64,000 nt of DNA from Candidatus Cloacimonadota bacterium (GTDB taxonomy: Bacteria > Cloacimonadota > Cloacimonadia > G963667145): positions 1,248,001 to 1,312,000 of the forward strand of contig OY781092.1 in NCBI GenBank assembly GCA_963676615.1, given 5' to 3'. The notes below the pieces were generated by a model. That model was not told the DNA's origin and made no database searches. It saw nothing but the letters and a program-made list of their open reading frames with translations. Each line of letters opens with the position of its first letter. Within the stretch, counting starts at the first letter, position 1. A program made the translations under genes and the position numbers. This document shows, piece by piece, positions 30,145 through 40,474 of the stretch.

Positions 30145-30810
30145 CTACCGCTTCCTAATCAGCGCAAGCCCGTCGGCAATCGACAAAATACTGAAATCTA
30201 TGCGGTTATCCATTTTGAGCGATGCGTTAAATTCCTGCAATTTGGGAACGGTGCGATTATCTTCTTGCAAAATTCTGCCCGAAAGCAAAAGATTGTCAAC
30301 CACCAAAACGCCGTTTTCAGCCAAAATTGGCAGACACAGCTCCAGATATTTGCCGTAATTGATTTTGTCGGCATCCATAAAAATGAAATCGAACTTTTGA
30401 CCCTGCAGCTTTTGCAAACTCTCCTGCGCCGGCGCCAACATCTGCGTGATTTTGTGCAAAACGCCCGCTTTTTGCCAATATTTTTGACGAACAGGCTCCA
30501 AATCCGCTTTGTGATCAAGCGTCACCACTTTGCCATTTGGCGGAATATTCAGCGCCGCCAAAAGCGCACTATAGCCCGTAAAAGTGCCGATGTCTAGGCA
30601 ATTTTTCGCTCTCAGCAGCCGAATAAGAAACCCCAAAAATTGCGACTGCTCTGCGCTAATCATAAAATGCGACTGCCGCACCCGCTCCAGCGTCTCCGCG
30701 CGCAAATCCTGCAAACTCTTGGGCTCATCCTGCGACAAATTTTGCAAATATTCAAAAAGCTCCGCCGTCACGATTTTGCCGTCTTTGCGGCTATTTTTGA
30801 AAAACCTCAT
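30145..30810 (-). CDS. Class I SAM-dependent O-methyltransferase (caffeoyl-CoA OMT-like)
   Basis: LDIGTFTGYS, FDFIFMDADK, VVDN, IADGL. Confidence 0.88.
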   Translation of the reverse strand: MRFFKNSRKDGKIVTAELFEYLQNLSQDEPKSLQDLRAETLERVRQSHFMISAEQSQFLGFLIRLLRAKNCLDIGTFTGYSALLAALNIPPNGKVVTLDHKADLEPVRQKYWQKAGVLHKITQMLAPAQESLQKLQGQKFDFIFMDADKINYGKYLELCLPILAENGVLVVDNLLLSGRILQEDNRTVPKLQEFNASLKMDNRIDFSILSIADGLALIRKR

Positions 30811-32935
30811 ACACCCCTTGGCGAGTTTTTGCCGCCAAAATCTCCTGAATATTCTCCTTCACTCCCAAAACTTTGGAAAGTTCAGCCACGATTTTCAGGT
30901 GCGGCTTATAGGCGTTGTTTGGCGAAATGAACAAAATAATCACCTTCGTCGGTTTGCCGTCCAGCGACTCAAAATCTATCCCCTGCGGACAAATCCCCAC
31001 AGCAATATGACTGCTCAAACTCCCTTGTGTCTTGGCGTGCGGCAGAGCCACAAAATTTCCTATCGCCGTGGAAAGCGCCTTTTCACGCTCCAAAACATCC
31101 TCCAAAACCTTCGCCGCATCCACCTTGCAATGATGCGCACAAATCAAATCCAGCAGCTCCGTTATCGCCTGCGGCTTGTTCGTCGCCTTCATCTGCAAAA
31201 TAATATTCTGCGGATTCAGCAGTTCCGTGAGTTGCCGAGCCTCCGCCTTGTTATACTTGCCCTGGAAATTTATCAAATTCTCGCCCAGCTCCTTCGGTTT
31301 GGTGATGTGCTTGAGCTCCGCCAAAGTCGTGTTAATCTTCACCAGCGCCTCATACACAATCGTCTGCGCAAAAATCGTCTGATCCTGCTCGATCGAGATG
31401 TTAATCGTCCGCTCCGCTTCGTCCTCCGAGAGCTTAATCATCAGCTTATCTCGCCTGATTTGGTAGATAATTTTCTCGCCCTTTGTCATACTCACAAAAA
31501 ATCCTTCCTCGCTAAAAGTATCCAAAATATACCTCAAAATCAGCCTGCGAATTTGCGAATTTTCGATTTTGTAATTGATCACATTTTGCTCATCCTCGCG
31601 CCTCTTGGTCTTCGTCCCCTCTTTGCCGATCTTCAACAATTTATCCAAAATCAGCGGCGGCACAATCGTAGAGACCAACACCAGCATAATCGCAGCCGAA
31701 AAAATCTGCTCATCGATAATGCCTCCGGCGAGCCCAAAACCAGCCATAATCATTATCACCTCGCCGCGCGGCGACATCCCAAAACCAATGCGGGCAGAAC
31801 CCACAGCGTTAAAACCCGCAAAATACGAAAAAGCGCCACAACCGACGACTTTCGCCAAAATCGCCACCAGCGAATAAACAAGCCCGAAAATCAGAAATCC
31901 AGACTTGGTAAACACCGTCACATCAACCATCATCCCCATCACCGTGAAAAAAATCGGCACGAAAAAAAGCTCCAGCGGCTCCAGCGAATCCAGCAAAACA
32001 TAAGCGATATCGGTCTTGGACAAACTAAGCCCAGCCACATACGCCCCGATAATCATCGCAAGCCCCGTCTTCTCAAAAATTCCCGCAATCATAAAAGCGA
32101 TGCTAAGGGCGATAACGCTAAAAACAAAAGGCGACTGGAAAAACTTGAGAAACTTGGAGATACGATGCGCAAAAAACAAGCCAGCACCCGTAAAAACCGC
32201 CCAAATCCCGATGGTCTTAAAAGCGATTTTGAAGATAAAATAGGTGCTGGGCTGCTGACTCTCGACCACACCCACGACTATCGCCAGCAAAATAATCGCC
32301 AAAATATCGTCGATTACCGCCGCCGACAGAATGCAAACCCCTTCGGGAGCGTGCATTTTTTTCTTATCCGAGAGGATGCGCGCGGTGATGCCCACTGAAG
32401 TCGCCGTGGTCATCGTCCCCAAAAAAAGCGCCGACGGATGCCAAAAACCTACCGAAAAAATCACCTGCACCAAAAAATTTCCTGCCAAAAACGAGATGAG
32501 CACTCCGCCAATTCCCACGATGAACCCGCTGGAAAAATACCGTAGCAGAAGATCAAGGTCGGTCTTTAGCCCCGCAATGAAAAGCAAAATCACCGACGCA
32601 ATCGCCGCAAAACCATACAGCTCTGGCGTCACATGCACCGCCGAATCGACAAATTTCGGGAAAAGTCCGTGAGCAAAGCCTGGCAAAGCGACACTGCCCA
32701 GCAGATAAGGCCCGATGAGTATTCCGCAAAAAATCTCGCCCAACACAGACGGCAAACCAAACCGCTCGAACAAAGCCCCCAAAAGCTTTGCGCTGATAAT
32801 TATCACCCCAACTTGCATCACCAAATGCGTCACATAATGGCTCAAATCTTGCAGGTTTATCTGCCGTTGCACCGCCGCCGATGCGGGCAAAGCCAGCGCA
32901 ATCAACGCAAACAGCAAAAAGATTTTTCTCTTCAT
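30791..32935 (-). CDS. Second CPA2 cation:proton antiporter-PTS EIIA fusion
   Basis: ATSVGITARIL, AAVIDD, GMSPRGEV; C-terminal ERE..LSTAIG..LPHAK, SLDGKPT; paralog of 11620-13776. Confidence 0.85.
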   Translation of the reverse strand: MKRKIFLLFALIALALPASAAVQRQINLQDLSHYVTHLVMQVGVIIISAKLLGALFERFGLPSVLGEIFCGILIGPYLLGSVALPGFAHGLFPKFVDSAVHVTPELYGFAAIASVILLFIAGLKTDLDLLLRYFSSGFIVGIGGVLISFLAGNFLVQVIFSVGFWHPSALFLGTMTTATSVGITARILSDKKKMHAPEGVCILSAAVIDDILAIILLAIVVGVVESQQPSTYFIFKIAFKTIGIWAVFTGAGLFFAHRISKFLKFFQSPFVFSVIALSIAFMIAGIFEKTGLAMIIGAYVAGLSLSKTDIAYVLLDSLEPLELFFVPIFFTVMGMMVDVTVFTKSGFLIFGLVYSLVAILAKVVGCGAFSYFAGFNAVGSARIGFGMSPRGEVIMIMAGFGLAGGIIDEQIFSAAIMLVLVSTIVPPLILDKLLKIGKEGTKTKRREDEQNVINYKIENSQIRRLILRYILDTFSEEGFFVSMTKGEKIIYQIRRDKLMIKLSEDEAERTINISIEQDQTIFAQTIVYEALVKINTTLAELKHITKPKELGENLINFQGKYNKAEARQLTELLNPQNIILQMKATNKPQAITELLDLICAHHCKVDAAKVLEDVLEREKALSTAIGNFVALPHAKTQGSLSSHIAVGICPQGIDFESLDGKPTKVIILFISPNNAYKPHLKIVAELSKVLGVKENIQEILAAKTRQGVYEVFQK

Positions 32936-33105
32936 CGCCTAGACCTCTCTATCAACAAAATTTCACAGTTCCTAAAAACCGTGCAATTCAAAATTTCGTC
33001 CTCAATAAATCAAGAATTTTCTCAAAATTGCCAAAAAACGCTTGTCAAATTGCCAATAATAGCGCTCTGCTGTTTTATCAAGTTTGTAAAATTGAAAGGA
33101 CGAAA

Positions 33106-33549
33106 ATGAGAATTTTACTGCAAAGAGTAAAGTCCGCCAAAGTCAGCGTGGACGGAGCTACAACGGGCGAAATCGAGCAAGGGCTTTTGCTGTTTTTGGG
33201 CGTTGGAAAAGAGGACGAACAAGATTATCCCGCAAAAATCGACTGGCTAGTTCGCAAAATCACCAATATGCGGATTTTTCCCGATTCGCAAGGAAAATTC
33301 AACCACTCGGTGCTGGATGTGCAAGGCTCGATCTTGCTCGTGTCGCAATTCACGCTCTATGCCGACTGCAAAAAAGGGAACCGCCCGAGCTACAGCGGCG
33401 CCGCTTCTCCAGAAATAGCCGAAAAAATTTACACGCAATTCGGACAAGAATTGCAAAAAATTTTGCCCACGCAATTCGGAAAATTCGGCGCAAATATGCA
33501 AGTGAAGCTGCTTAACGACGGACCAGTGACCATCTGGCTCGAAAAATAA
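33106..33549 (+). CDS. dtd: D-aminoacyl-tRNA deacylase
   Basis: MRILLQRV, SQFTL, GNRPS, NDGPVT; start ATG 33106. Confidence 0.95.
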   Translation: MRILLQRVKSAKVSVDGATTGEIEQGLLLFLGVGKEDEQDYPAKIDWLVRKITNMRIFPDSQGKFNHSVLDVQGSILLVSQFTLYADCKKGNRPSYSGAASPEIAEKIYTQFGQELQKILPTQFGKFGANMQVKLLNDGPVTIWLEK

Positions 33550-33576
33550 TTTTTCCAAAATTTTAGGAGGAAATTT

Positions 33577-34872
33577 ATGTATAATCCTGTTGAAATAATC
33601 ATCAAAAAGCGCGCAGGGCAAGAGCTGAGCGAATCCGAAATCAACTTTATGGTCGGCGGCTATGTCCAAGGAAAAATCCCCGATTATCAGATGTCCTCCT
33701 TTTTGATGGCGATTTTTTTTCGTGGAATGAACGACGCCGAAACTTTTTTGCTCACCAAAAGCTACATCGATTCTGGCAAAAAGCTGGAATTTGCCGAAAA
33801 CACCGTCGATAAACACTCCACAGGCGGAGTCGGCGACAAAGTGTCGATCGTGCTGGCGCCCATCGTGGCGGCTTGCGGCGGAAAAATCCCGATGCTCGGC
33901 GGCAGAGGGCTTGGACACACAGGCGGAACGCTCGACAAGCTCGAATCGATTCCCAATCTGCGCACCGACCTAGACGAAGCCCAATTTCGCAAAACCATCG
34001 CCGCTTGCGGATTTTCTATCGCCAGCCAAACGCAAGATATGGTGCCCGCCGACAAAAAAATCTACGCCTTGCGTGATGTCAGCGGCACAGTCGAATCGCT
34101 GCCTCTGATCACCGCCAGCATTATGTCCAAAAAAATTGCCGAAGGCGCAAAAAATCTGGTCATCGACCTAAAAGTCGGCAGCGGAGCTTTTATGAAAAAC
34201 ATCGAAGACGCACGCAAACTGGGCAGAAATCTGAAAAAAGTTGGCGAAACTTTTGGTCAAAAAGTGAAAATCGTTTACACAGATATGAACAACCCCATCG
34301 GCACGCACATCGGCAACGGGCTGGAAATAAAAGAGTGCGTCGAGTATTTGCAAGGAGCTTCATATCCCGATTTGCACGAAATCACCAAAACTTTAGCCAC
34401 GCAAATGCTCCTCCTGTGCGATTTGGCGAAAGACGAACACGACGCCCAGCAAAAAATCCAGAAGGCAATCAAAAGCGGCAAAGCGCTGGAGCACCTGCGG
34501 CAGTTCATCAAATTGCAAAACGGAAACGAAAAAGTCGCCGACGAGCCGAATTTGCTCCCGCAAGCAAAAATCCAAGTTCCGATTTTAGCCACCAAAAGCG
34601 GCTACATCCACGCTATCGACTCGCAAGCCATCGGCTACGCCCTCATTGAGCTAAAGGCTGGTCGCCAAAAGCTGACCGACCTGCTAGACTACGGCACAGG
34701 CGCAAAATTTACCGCAAAAATCGGCGATGAAGTCAGCAAAAATCAAGAGCTAGGAGCAGTTTACTGCCAAAACCAAAATGACGGAAAAATTGTGGCTGAA
34801 AAGATAGCCAAATCCTTGCAAATTCAAACAGATAAAACCGCCAAAAGACAGCTGATTTTGGCAGTAGAATAA
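33577..34872 (+). CDS. pdp: Pyrimidine-nucleoside / thymidine phosphorylase
   Basis: DKHSTGGVGDK, GRGLGHTGGTLDKLESIP, ASIMSKK, KVGSGAFMK. Confidence 0.93.
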   Translation: MYNPVEIIIKKRAGQELSESEINFMVGGYVQGKIPDYQMSSFLMAIFFRGMNDAETFLLTKSYIDSGKKLEFAENTVDKHSTGGVGDKVSIVLAPIVAACGGKIPMLGGRGLGHTGGTLDKLESIPNLRTDLDEAQFRKTIAACGFSIASQTQDMVPADKKIYALRDVSGTVESLPLITASIMSKKIAEGAKNLVIDLKVGSGAFMKNIEDARKLGRNLKKVGETFGQKVKIVYTDMNNPIGTHIGNGLEIKECVEYLQGASYPDLHEITKTLATQMLLLCDLAKDEHDAQQKIQKAIKSGKALEHLRQFIKLQNGNEKVADEPNLLPQAKIQVPILATKSGYIHAIDSQAIGYALIELKAGRQKLTDLLDYGTGAKFTAKIGDEVSKNQELGAVYCQNQNDGKIVAEKIAKSLQIQTDKTAKRQLILAVE

Positions 34873-34886
34873 AGCGAAAAAACAAA

Positions 34887-35684
34887 ATGAAAAAGTTCAA
34901 AATCGCCGTCGTTCAGTTCCAGCCGAAATTTTTACAAGTAAAAGAAAATCTCGCCAAAATCGGCAAAATGTGCGCCAACCTCACAGCAGATTTGGTCGTC
35001 CTGCCAGAGCTAGCCACCTGCGGCTACGCCTTTGCCAGCCAAGACGAAGTGCAAAAAGTCGCCGAAAAAGCGACAACTGGAGCGAGCGCCGTTTTTTTCG
35101 ACAAACTCGCCAAAACTCTCTGCGCCAGCGTCGTTTACGGATTTCCCGAGCTAAAAGATGGCAAAATTTTCAACTCCGCCCGCTTAGTCAATCAAGACGG
35201 CAGCAGCTGCGTTTACCAAAAAATCCACCTCTTCAACGCCGAAAAACTTTGGTTCGCCCCCGGAGAGTCGGGCTTAGTCATCGCCACAGCGAAAAACGAT
35301 GTCAAAGTCGGGCTGATGATTTGCTTCGACTGGTTCTTCCCCGAAGTCGCCCGAAGCCTCGCCCTGCAAGGCGCACAAATCTTGTGCCAAGTCGCCAATC
35401 TGGTTTTGCCGTGGTGCCAACAAGCCATGCTCGTCCGCAGCCTCGAAAACGCCTGCGTCAGCGTCACCGCAAACAGAGTCGGCGACGAAAAAAATGGAAA
35501 ATACGACTTTCGCTTCACGGGCGGCTCGCAAGTGGTCGATCATCTCGGCAAAAGGCTAGGAAAGCTCGGCGAAAACGAAGAAGGCATTTTGATTGTGGAA
35601 GTCGATTTAGACCAATCAAGCCCGCAACTAAATTCGTTCAACAACATTTTTGCCGACCGAAAACCACAATTTTATCGGCAATGA
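34887..35684 (+). CDS. Carbon-nitrogen hydrolase (nitrilase family)
   Basis: E-K-C triad motifs: LPEL, YQKIHLF, ICFDWFFPE. Confidence 0.9.
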   Translation: MKKFKIAVVQFQPKFLQVKENLAKIGKMCANLTADLVVLPELATCGYAFASQDEVQKVAEKATTGASAVFFDKLAKTLCASVVYGFPELKDGKIFNSARLVNQDGSSCVYQKIHLFNAEKLWFAPGESGLVIATAKNDVKVGLMICFDWFFPEVARSLALQGAQILCQVANLVLPWCQQAMLVRSLENACVSVTANRVGDEKNGKYDFRFTGGSQVVDHLGKRLGKLGENEEGILIVEVDLDQSSPQLNSFNNIFADRKPQFYRQ

Positions 35685-35685
35685 A

Positions 35686-35718
35686 AAAGCCGACTAACTT
35701 TTTGTGTCAATCGGCTTT
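35686..35718. terminator. Imperfect hairpin between convergent genes
   Basis: AAAGCCGA...TCGGCTTT inverted repeat. Confidence 0.5.
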
Positions 35719-35737
35719 GGTTTTCTAAAAATTTCTT

Positions 35738-36970
35738 CTAAAACAGATAAAGCGAGTGCGAATCGGGGTTTTTGCCGAAGAAAGTTACATCGTCGATTTT
35801 TTGGACATTTTCCCCACGAAGCGTAGCGAACATAAACCGCTCAACGCCGAGTCCTCCGCCCATTGTGCTGGGGAAAACTGGCGAGCCGTCATCTTTTTTC
35901 ATGCTGGCATACATCAAAAACGGACCGTAGCCAGCCAACTCCTCGATGTTCTCCAAATAACCGTCTTTGATAACAGGGCGATTCTTAAGCACCTTGTTCG
36001 CCAAAATCCGCTCCACAATCGGCTCATACAGCCACTCGCGAACTCCACCCGAGAGAATCTCCTTGGCGGTAAGCGTCGTGCCGTCCTTTTTGATGGTTTT
36101 CGCCACAAGATCGTAGTTAAAAATATTCTCGGAAGTGACATCGTCCAGCGACAAACTCGAGCCGTCCTTTTTCATAAACGGATAAATCAGGTCATAATTC
36201 TCGCGCTTAATGCCCGTTATCCAAAAAAATTGGTCGCCAGTCTCGTCACCAACAACCTCTTCGCCCGTTTTTTTGCCATATTTCTCAATCGCATAATCGT
36301 AGCTGTAAGTCGGAAAAGGCACGCTCGGCACAGGAAACTGCACATCCAAAGCGTCCAAATCGTCCTTGTTGAACTTGTTCAGCTCCTGGCAAATATGCCT
36401 AATCATCCGCTCGAACATATTGCGCGCCTTTGCGCTGTCCTCTTTGATTAGCTCCAGCACCTGCTCAGTCTGGCTAAAATACTCATCCAGCGTCACATAG
36501 CGGTCTCTTTTCACCTCAATATCGATTTGCGAAAAATCTATCAGATAACGACCACGCTGCTTGTGCGTCGGGCTCTCCAGCTCCAGCCGAATATTTGGCG
36601 AATCGGTAAAAACGCCCTTGATTTTAGGATTGGAACACGCCAAAAGCTTGCTGTAAATCATCGAGTGCGTCGTAACATAGTTGCTGCCTTTGTAAGAAAT
36701 CACAGGCGTATGCTCGATGTCGTGCGCCAGCGGATCGGTCACCACACTCATCAAAATTTTCTCGAGGTTAATAAGACCTTCGTTTGCCAAAAATTGGGTG
36801 GCTGCGTTCATAAAAGTCGTTTTAATCCTAAAGATATGATACAACTCGTCCGAAAGCCATTTTTGCTTGTAGTTGTCGCTGATATACTCTTCCAGCGTAA
36901 TCCCCTGTTGCTGCAAACTTGCCTGAAAATTGCTAAGACACTGCCCGATTCTGTTAAAGGTCGATTCCAT
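35738..36970 (-). CDS. Class II aaRS paralog, probable ammonia-dependent asparagine synthetase (AsnRS/AspRS-like, no anticodon domain)
   Basis: VTDPL, THSMI, SPNIRLE, RYLIDFSQIDIE (motif 2), EILSGGVRE, GGGLGVERF (motif 3); no N-terminal OB fold. Confidence 0.75.
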   Translation of the reverse strand: MESTFNRIGQCLSNFQASLQQQGITLEEYISDNYKQKWLSDELYHIFRIKTTFMNAATQFLANEGLINLEKILMSVVTDPLAHDIEHTPVISYKGSNYVTTHSMIYSKLLACSNPKIKGVFTDSPNIRLELESPTHKQRGRYLIDFSQIDIEVKRDRYVTLDEYFSQTEQVLELIKEDSAKARNMFERMIRHICQELNKFNKDDLDALDVQFPVPSVPFPTYSYDYAIEKYGKKTGEEVVGDETGDQFFWITGIKRENYDLIYPFMKKDGSSLSLDDVTSENIFNYDLVAKTIKKDGTTLTAKEILSGGVREWLYEPIVERILANKVLKNRPVIKDGYLENIEELAGYGPFLMYASMKKDDGSPVFPSTMGGGLGVERFMFATLRGENVQKIDDVTFFGKNPDSHSLYLF

Positions 36971-37081
36971 AATTGTTACCCTTTCCTAAATTTTATTGAA
37001 TTTTCAATTTGGATTAAATATGAAATTCGGCTCTATGTGTCAACCATAAAATTGCGGCAAAACCAGAAAAATCAGCTTCAA

Positions 37082-37687
37082 TTACAAAATAATATCGGCA
37101 AACTTTTTGTGCTCTGCAATCAATTTATGCTCAATCTCCAAAACTCGCTCGACAAAACCAGACATCGGGTCTCGTCCTCGCAGCTCCCGATTTTTCTTCG
37201 TCTGAAGGTAAGATTTATCAATAAAACAGCGAACATCCACATTTTTGAGCAAACTCGTGTAAGTGCCCTCGGCAATTATCAGCGCAAAATCTTCCACCTG
37301 TATCGTCTCTTGCCCAATTTCGTCGTTGTCAAAATCGACCAAAGGCTTTTTCAGCTGGCGCTCCTGCATTTTTTGCAAAACTTCCAAATCCGCATCAAGC
37401 TTGTCCAGACGCACCTCTTGCGTGCCAACATTAGCTATATCTTTCACGCGATTTTTATGATTCGTCTTCGGCGGCAAGCGAAAATAGTCGTCTTGACACA
37501 AAATAATCGTCTTCTTCTGGGCAAACTTTTCCGCCAAACAATGCGCAATCTCACTCTTGCCGCTGCCAGACTCTCCGGCTACACTCACAGTAACTTTTCG
37601 CTCGTCCACCATCTTTTCGATTTTCTCATAAATCGTCTGTGCCGCTTTTTTGTGAAAATCTTTTATTACCAACTTATCGCCTTTCAA
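37082..37687 (-). CDS. P-loop kinase, uridine kinase/PRK-like
   Basis: VAGESGSGKS, QDDYF, IIAEG; ATGA overlap with the upstream glycosyltransferase. Confidence 0.75.
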   Translation of the reverse strand: MKGDKLVIKDFHKKAAQTIYEKIEKMVDERKVTVSVAGESGSGKSEIAHCLAEKFAQKKTIILCQDDYFRLPPKTNHKNRVKDIANVGTQEVRLDKLDADLEVLQKMQERQLKKPLVDFDNDEIGQETIQVEDFALIIAEGTYTSLLKNVDVRCFIDKSYLQTKKNRELRGRDPMSGFVERVLEIEHKLIAEHKKFADIIL

Positions 37688-39423
37688 TTTTCCACTCCGT
37701 TTTTTACATTTAAACCTTTTCTATTCAAAAAGTTAAGAAACCTTTGTGTCGCTTGCAACCAAACCAACTTTTTCGACATTTCGTTCAACTTTTTCAAGTT
37801 TTTTGTATTCGGCTTGTCCAAACATTTCCGCATCAAATCCGCCAATTTATCCGCATTTCCGTGAGGAAAAATCTCCACCCAATCTGCTACAAAATTTTTG
37901 GCAAAAGGGATAAGATCCGACGAAATAATCTGACTCTTTCCAGCTGTGGCTTGCGCAACACTCATCCCAAAACCCTCCATCTCCGAAGCTGAAACATAAA
38001 TATCGGCGATATAAAACAGATGCCCGATAAATTTTTCGGGGATATAATCCAGCAAAAACACCCTTTTCTGCAGCTCTTGGTTTGTGCTCAACTGCTTCTG
38101 CAGGGCTTCATAAATTTTGTTTTTTGGACCTCCGCCGATAAACAAAAAAGTATCCTCATAATCACGAAAAATCTTTTCGTAGGCGGCGATAATCAGATCT
38201 TTCCGCTTAGTTCTGTCCATTCTGCTTGTCTCAAAAAAAATCTTGCTTTTTTGCAGCTTCTTCACAGCCACATTGGTCTTGTCCGCCAGATATTCGTAGG
38301 CAGGCGCCAGCTCCTTTTGCGAATAAACCCGAAAAATATTGCCGTCCACCTGCGGATGAAAGTAAAAAATATTGTCCTCTTTGACATTGTAATAGGAAAA
38401 TAGGCAGTCGGTAATTTCTGTCGAAGTGGAAGCGAAAAAGCTCGTGTTGACGCAAATATTTTTTTCGTGACTGTTCCGCTCACACAACCGCAAAGCGATC
38501 CTATCCTCCAGCGAATCTTTGCGCAAATTGTAACTCTTTATCTCGCCCAAAGAGTGAGGCGTCCAAATATGCTTGTTCGTCTTGGCAAAACCGCTCTCCA
38601 GCTCGCTTCTGAACTTCTCGCAATTTTTGTATATTTTTTTGGCAAAAAACGAGATAAACTCCAGCTCTCTGTAAGAGTCGTCCTCCGTAGCTGGCAAATT
38701 TTCAAAAATCTGCTCAATCGTCTTGCAATCTATCTGCAGATTCTCGCCAAAAATTGCTTCCCATTTTTCGATAACTTTTTTCGCTTTTTCCTGAACCGAA
38801 ACGCCTTTTAGCTGCTTAAACAAAACCTTAATCACCTGAAAAACTGGCGATTTAGAAATATTTTTCCAATGCCTATTCTCATAGAGAAAAAATTTTTCGT
38901 CGTCCGTTAACTGCCCGCCAAAATATTTTTCTATCAAATCGTAAACCAAATCGTTTTGCCAGAACTCCACCAAATTCACGCCGATTATCCCCGCATCCCA
39001 ATAGTGCGAATCGACAAACTCAAAAACCTGCCAGCCCTTGCAACCTCTGGCTTTCGCTTTTTTTTGCACAATATTATAAAGATGATACGACTCCTGTTTG
39101 AGCGCCGAGGAGATCTCCTCTTTGGGCAAAAATTCGCTTCCACCTCCTAGCAAATACTCGTATCGGGTAAATTTTGACATCGAGCAAACTCCCGTCCGCA
39201 GCCCGCTGCCGCTATGCTCGGGAAAACCGCCGCGGGAATAAATCGTCACCTTGTAGCCGAGCTCCTCCAGCTTTAGCGCCAAAACATTCACATACAAAAC
39301 CTGTCCGCCCGTGTCAGGTGCGCCGCCAATCTCTATATTCGGCGATGCGTATCCGTGATTTGTAATAAGCGCCACTTCTGGGCGTTCCGACTCCTCAAAA
39401 AAATTTTCGTCCGCAAAATCCAC
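37684..39423 (-). CDS. GT4 glycosyltransferase related to sucrose-phosphate/sucrose synthases
   Basis: TNHGY...GAPDTGGQVLYV, SHYWDAG, TPHSLG, SRMDRTKR, EGFGMS; GTG start after GGAGAGG. Confidence 0.8.
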   Translation of the reverse strand: MDFADENFFEESERPEVALITNHGYASPNIEIGGAPDTGGQVLYVNVLALKLEELGYKVTIYSRGGFPEHSGSGLRTGVCSMSKFTRYEYLLGGGSEFLPKEEISSALKQESYHLYNIVQKKAKARGCKGWQVFEFVDSHYWDAGIIGVNLVEFWQNDLVYDLIEKYFGGQLTDDEKFFLYENRHWKNISKSPVFQVIKVLFKQLKGVSVQEKAKKVIEKWEAIFGENLQIDCKTIEQIFENLPATEDDSYRELEFISFFAKKIYKNCEKFRSELESGFAKTNKHIWTPHSLGEIKSYNLRKDSLEDRIALRLCERNSHEKNICVNTSFFASTSTEITDCLFSYYNVKEDNIFYFHPQVDGNIFRVYSQKELAPAYEYLADKTNVAVKKLQKSKIFFETSRMDRTKRKDLIIAAYEKIFRDYEDTFLFIGGGPKNKIYEALQKQLSTNQELQKRVFLLDYIPEKFIGHLFYIADIYVSASEMEGFGMSVAQATAGKSQIISSDLIPFAKNFVADWVEIFPHGNADKLADLMRKCLDKPNTKNLKKLNEMSKKLVWLQATQRFLNFLNRKGLNVKNGVEN

Positions 39424-39635
39424 TTACCTCTCCTTTTTTTTCTGTCCCTCTTCTCAAATACGAAAAACGCCTTTTCCTTTTATCGTGTCAACCCTTAAAA
39501 AAAACTCAAAGAAAAAATCCGCACCTATTTCCATAATCTCTTGACATTCTTCGCACTGGATTTGGTTTCGATGTGCTGCCTTGCGCAAAGCAAACTTGGG
39601 CAAGCATTTTTTCGTAAATTGAGGAGAAAACGAAG

Positions 39636-40472
39636 ATGAAATTTGCGGTGGTGATCAACAAACAAAGTAAATTTATAGATAAAGTCGTGCGGATGCTCGA
39701 AAATCTGCAGCCTGAGCACGAATTTGTGCGGCTGGAAGATTTGCCCATCTATCCAAAATTTATGCAAAAAGAGCCAGCTGGAGCGAAATTTTTGCTGGTT
39801 TTTGGCGGCGACGGCACAATTCTCTACGCCAGCAAATTGGCGCTAAAGTGGCAACTGCCGATTTTGGGCATAAATATGGGCAGGCTCGGATTTCTCTCGG
39901 AGATAGCGCTCGAAGATTTTCGCGACTCTCTGGCGGCTCTGGTCGCTGGCGATTTCAAGGTGCAAAAGCGGATGCTGCTGGATGTAGCGGTGATGCGCTC
40001 TGGAGAAGAAATTGCCCGCAGGCAGGTGCTCAACGACGCGGTTATCTATCGCGCGCACAACGCCAAGCTCATCGAATTTGAGGTGTATAACAACCAAGAT
40101 TTCGTCTATCAAGCTCGGGCGGACGGCGTTCTGATGTCCACGCCAACTGGCACAACTGGCTACAACCTCTCTATCGGCGGCCCGATTCTCAATCCGACGA
40201 TGGACTCGGTGGTCATCAACGCCATCAACCCGCATCTGCTGACAGTGCGTCCGATAGTCTTCTTTGCCGAAGACAGCTTTGAATTTCGGGTAAAAGCCGC
40301 AGGAAAAGAGTCAACCCTGCAGCTGGACGGCGCAAACCTTATGTATCTACAAAACGGAGACAGCGTTTTTCTGACGAAATCTAGCCAAAAAGCGGAGTTC
40401 ATCAAATTGGGCAAAACCACTTTTTTCCAGACGATGCAAAACAAATTTCATATGGGAAAAAAGAACGGCTAA
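39636..40472 (+). CDS. nadK: NAD(+) kinase
   Basis: GGDGT, GINMGRLGFL, LND, DGVLMSTPTGTTGYNLSIGGP. Confidence 0.93.
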   Translation: MKFAVVINKQSKFIDKVVRMLENLQPEHEFVRLEDLPIYPKFMQKEPAGAKFLLVFGGDGTILYASKLALKWQLPILGINMGRLGFLSEIALEDFRDSLAALVAGDFKVQKRMLLDVAVMRSGEEIARRQVLNDAVIYRAHNAKLIEFEVYNNQDFVYQARADGVLMSTPTGTTGYNLSIGGPILNPTMDSVVINAINPHLLTVRPIVFFAEDSFEFRVKAAGKESTLQLDGANLMYLQNGDSVFLTKSSQKAEFIKLGKTTFFQTMQNKFHMGKKNG

Positions 40473-40474
40473 AG

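Noticed and set aside
32881..33105. N-terminal extensions of dtd, and similarly of recA, the Fic gene and 9544-9627
   Set aside because: Family homology and RBS position support the downstream ATGs.
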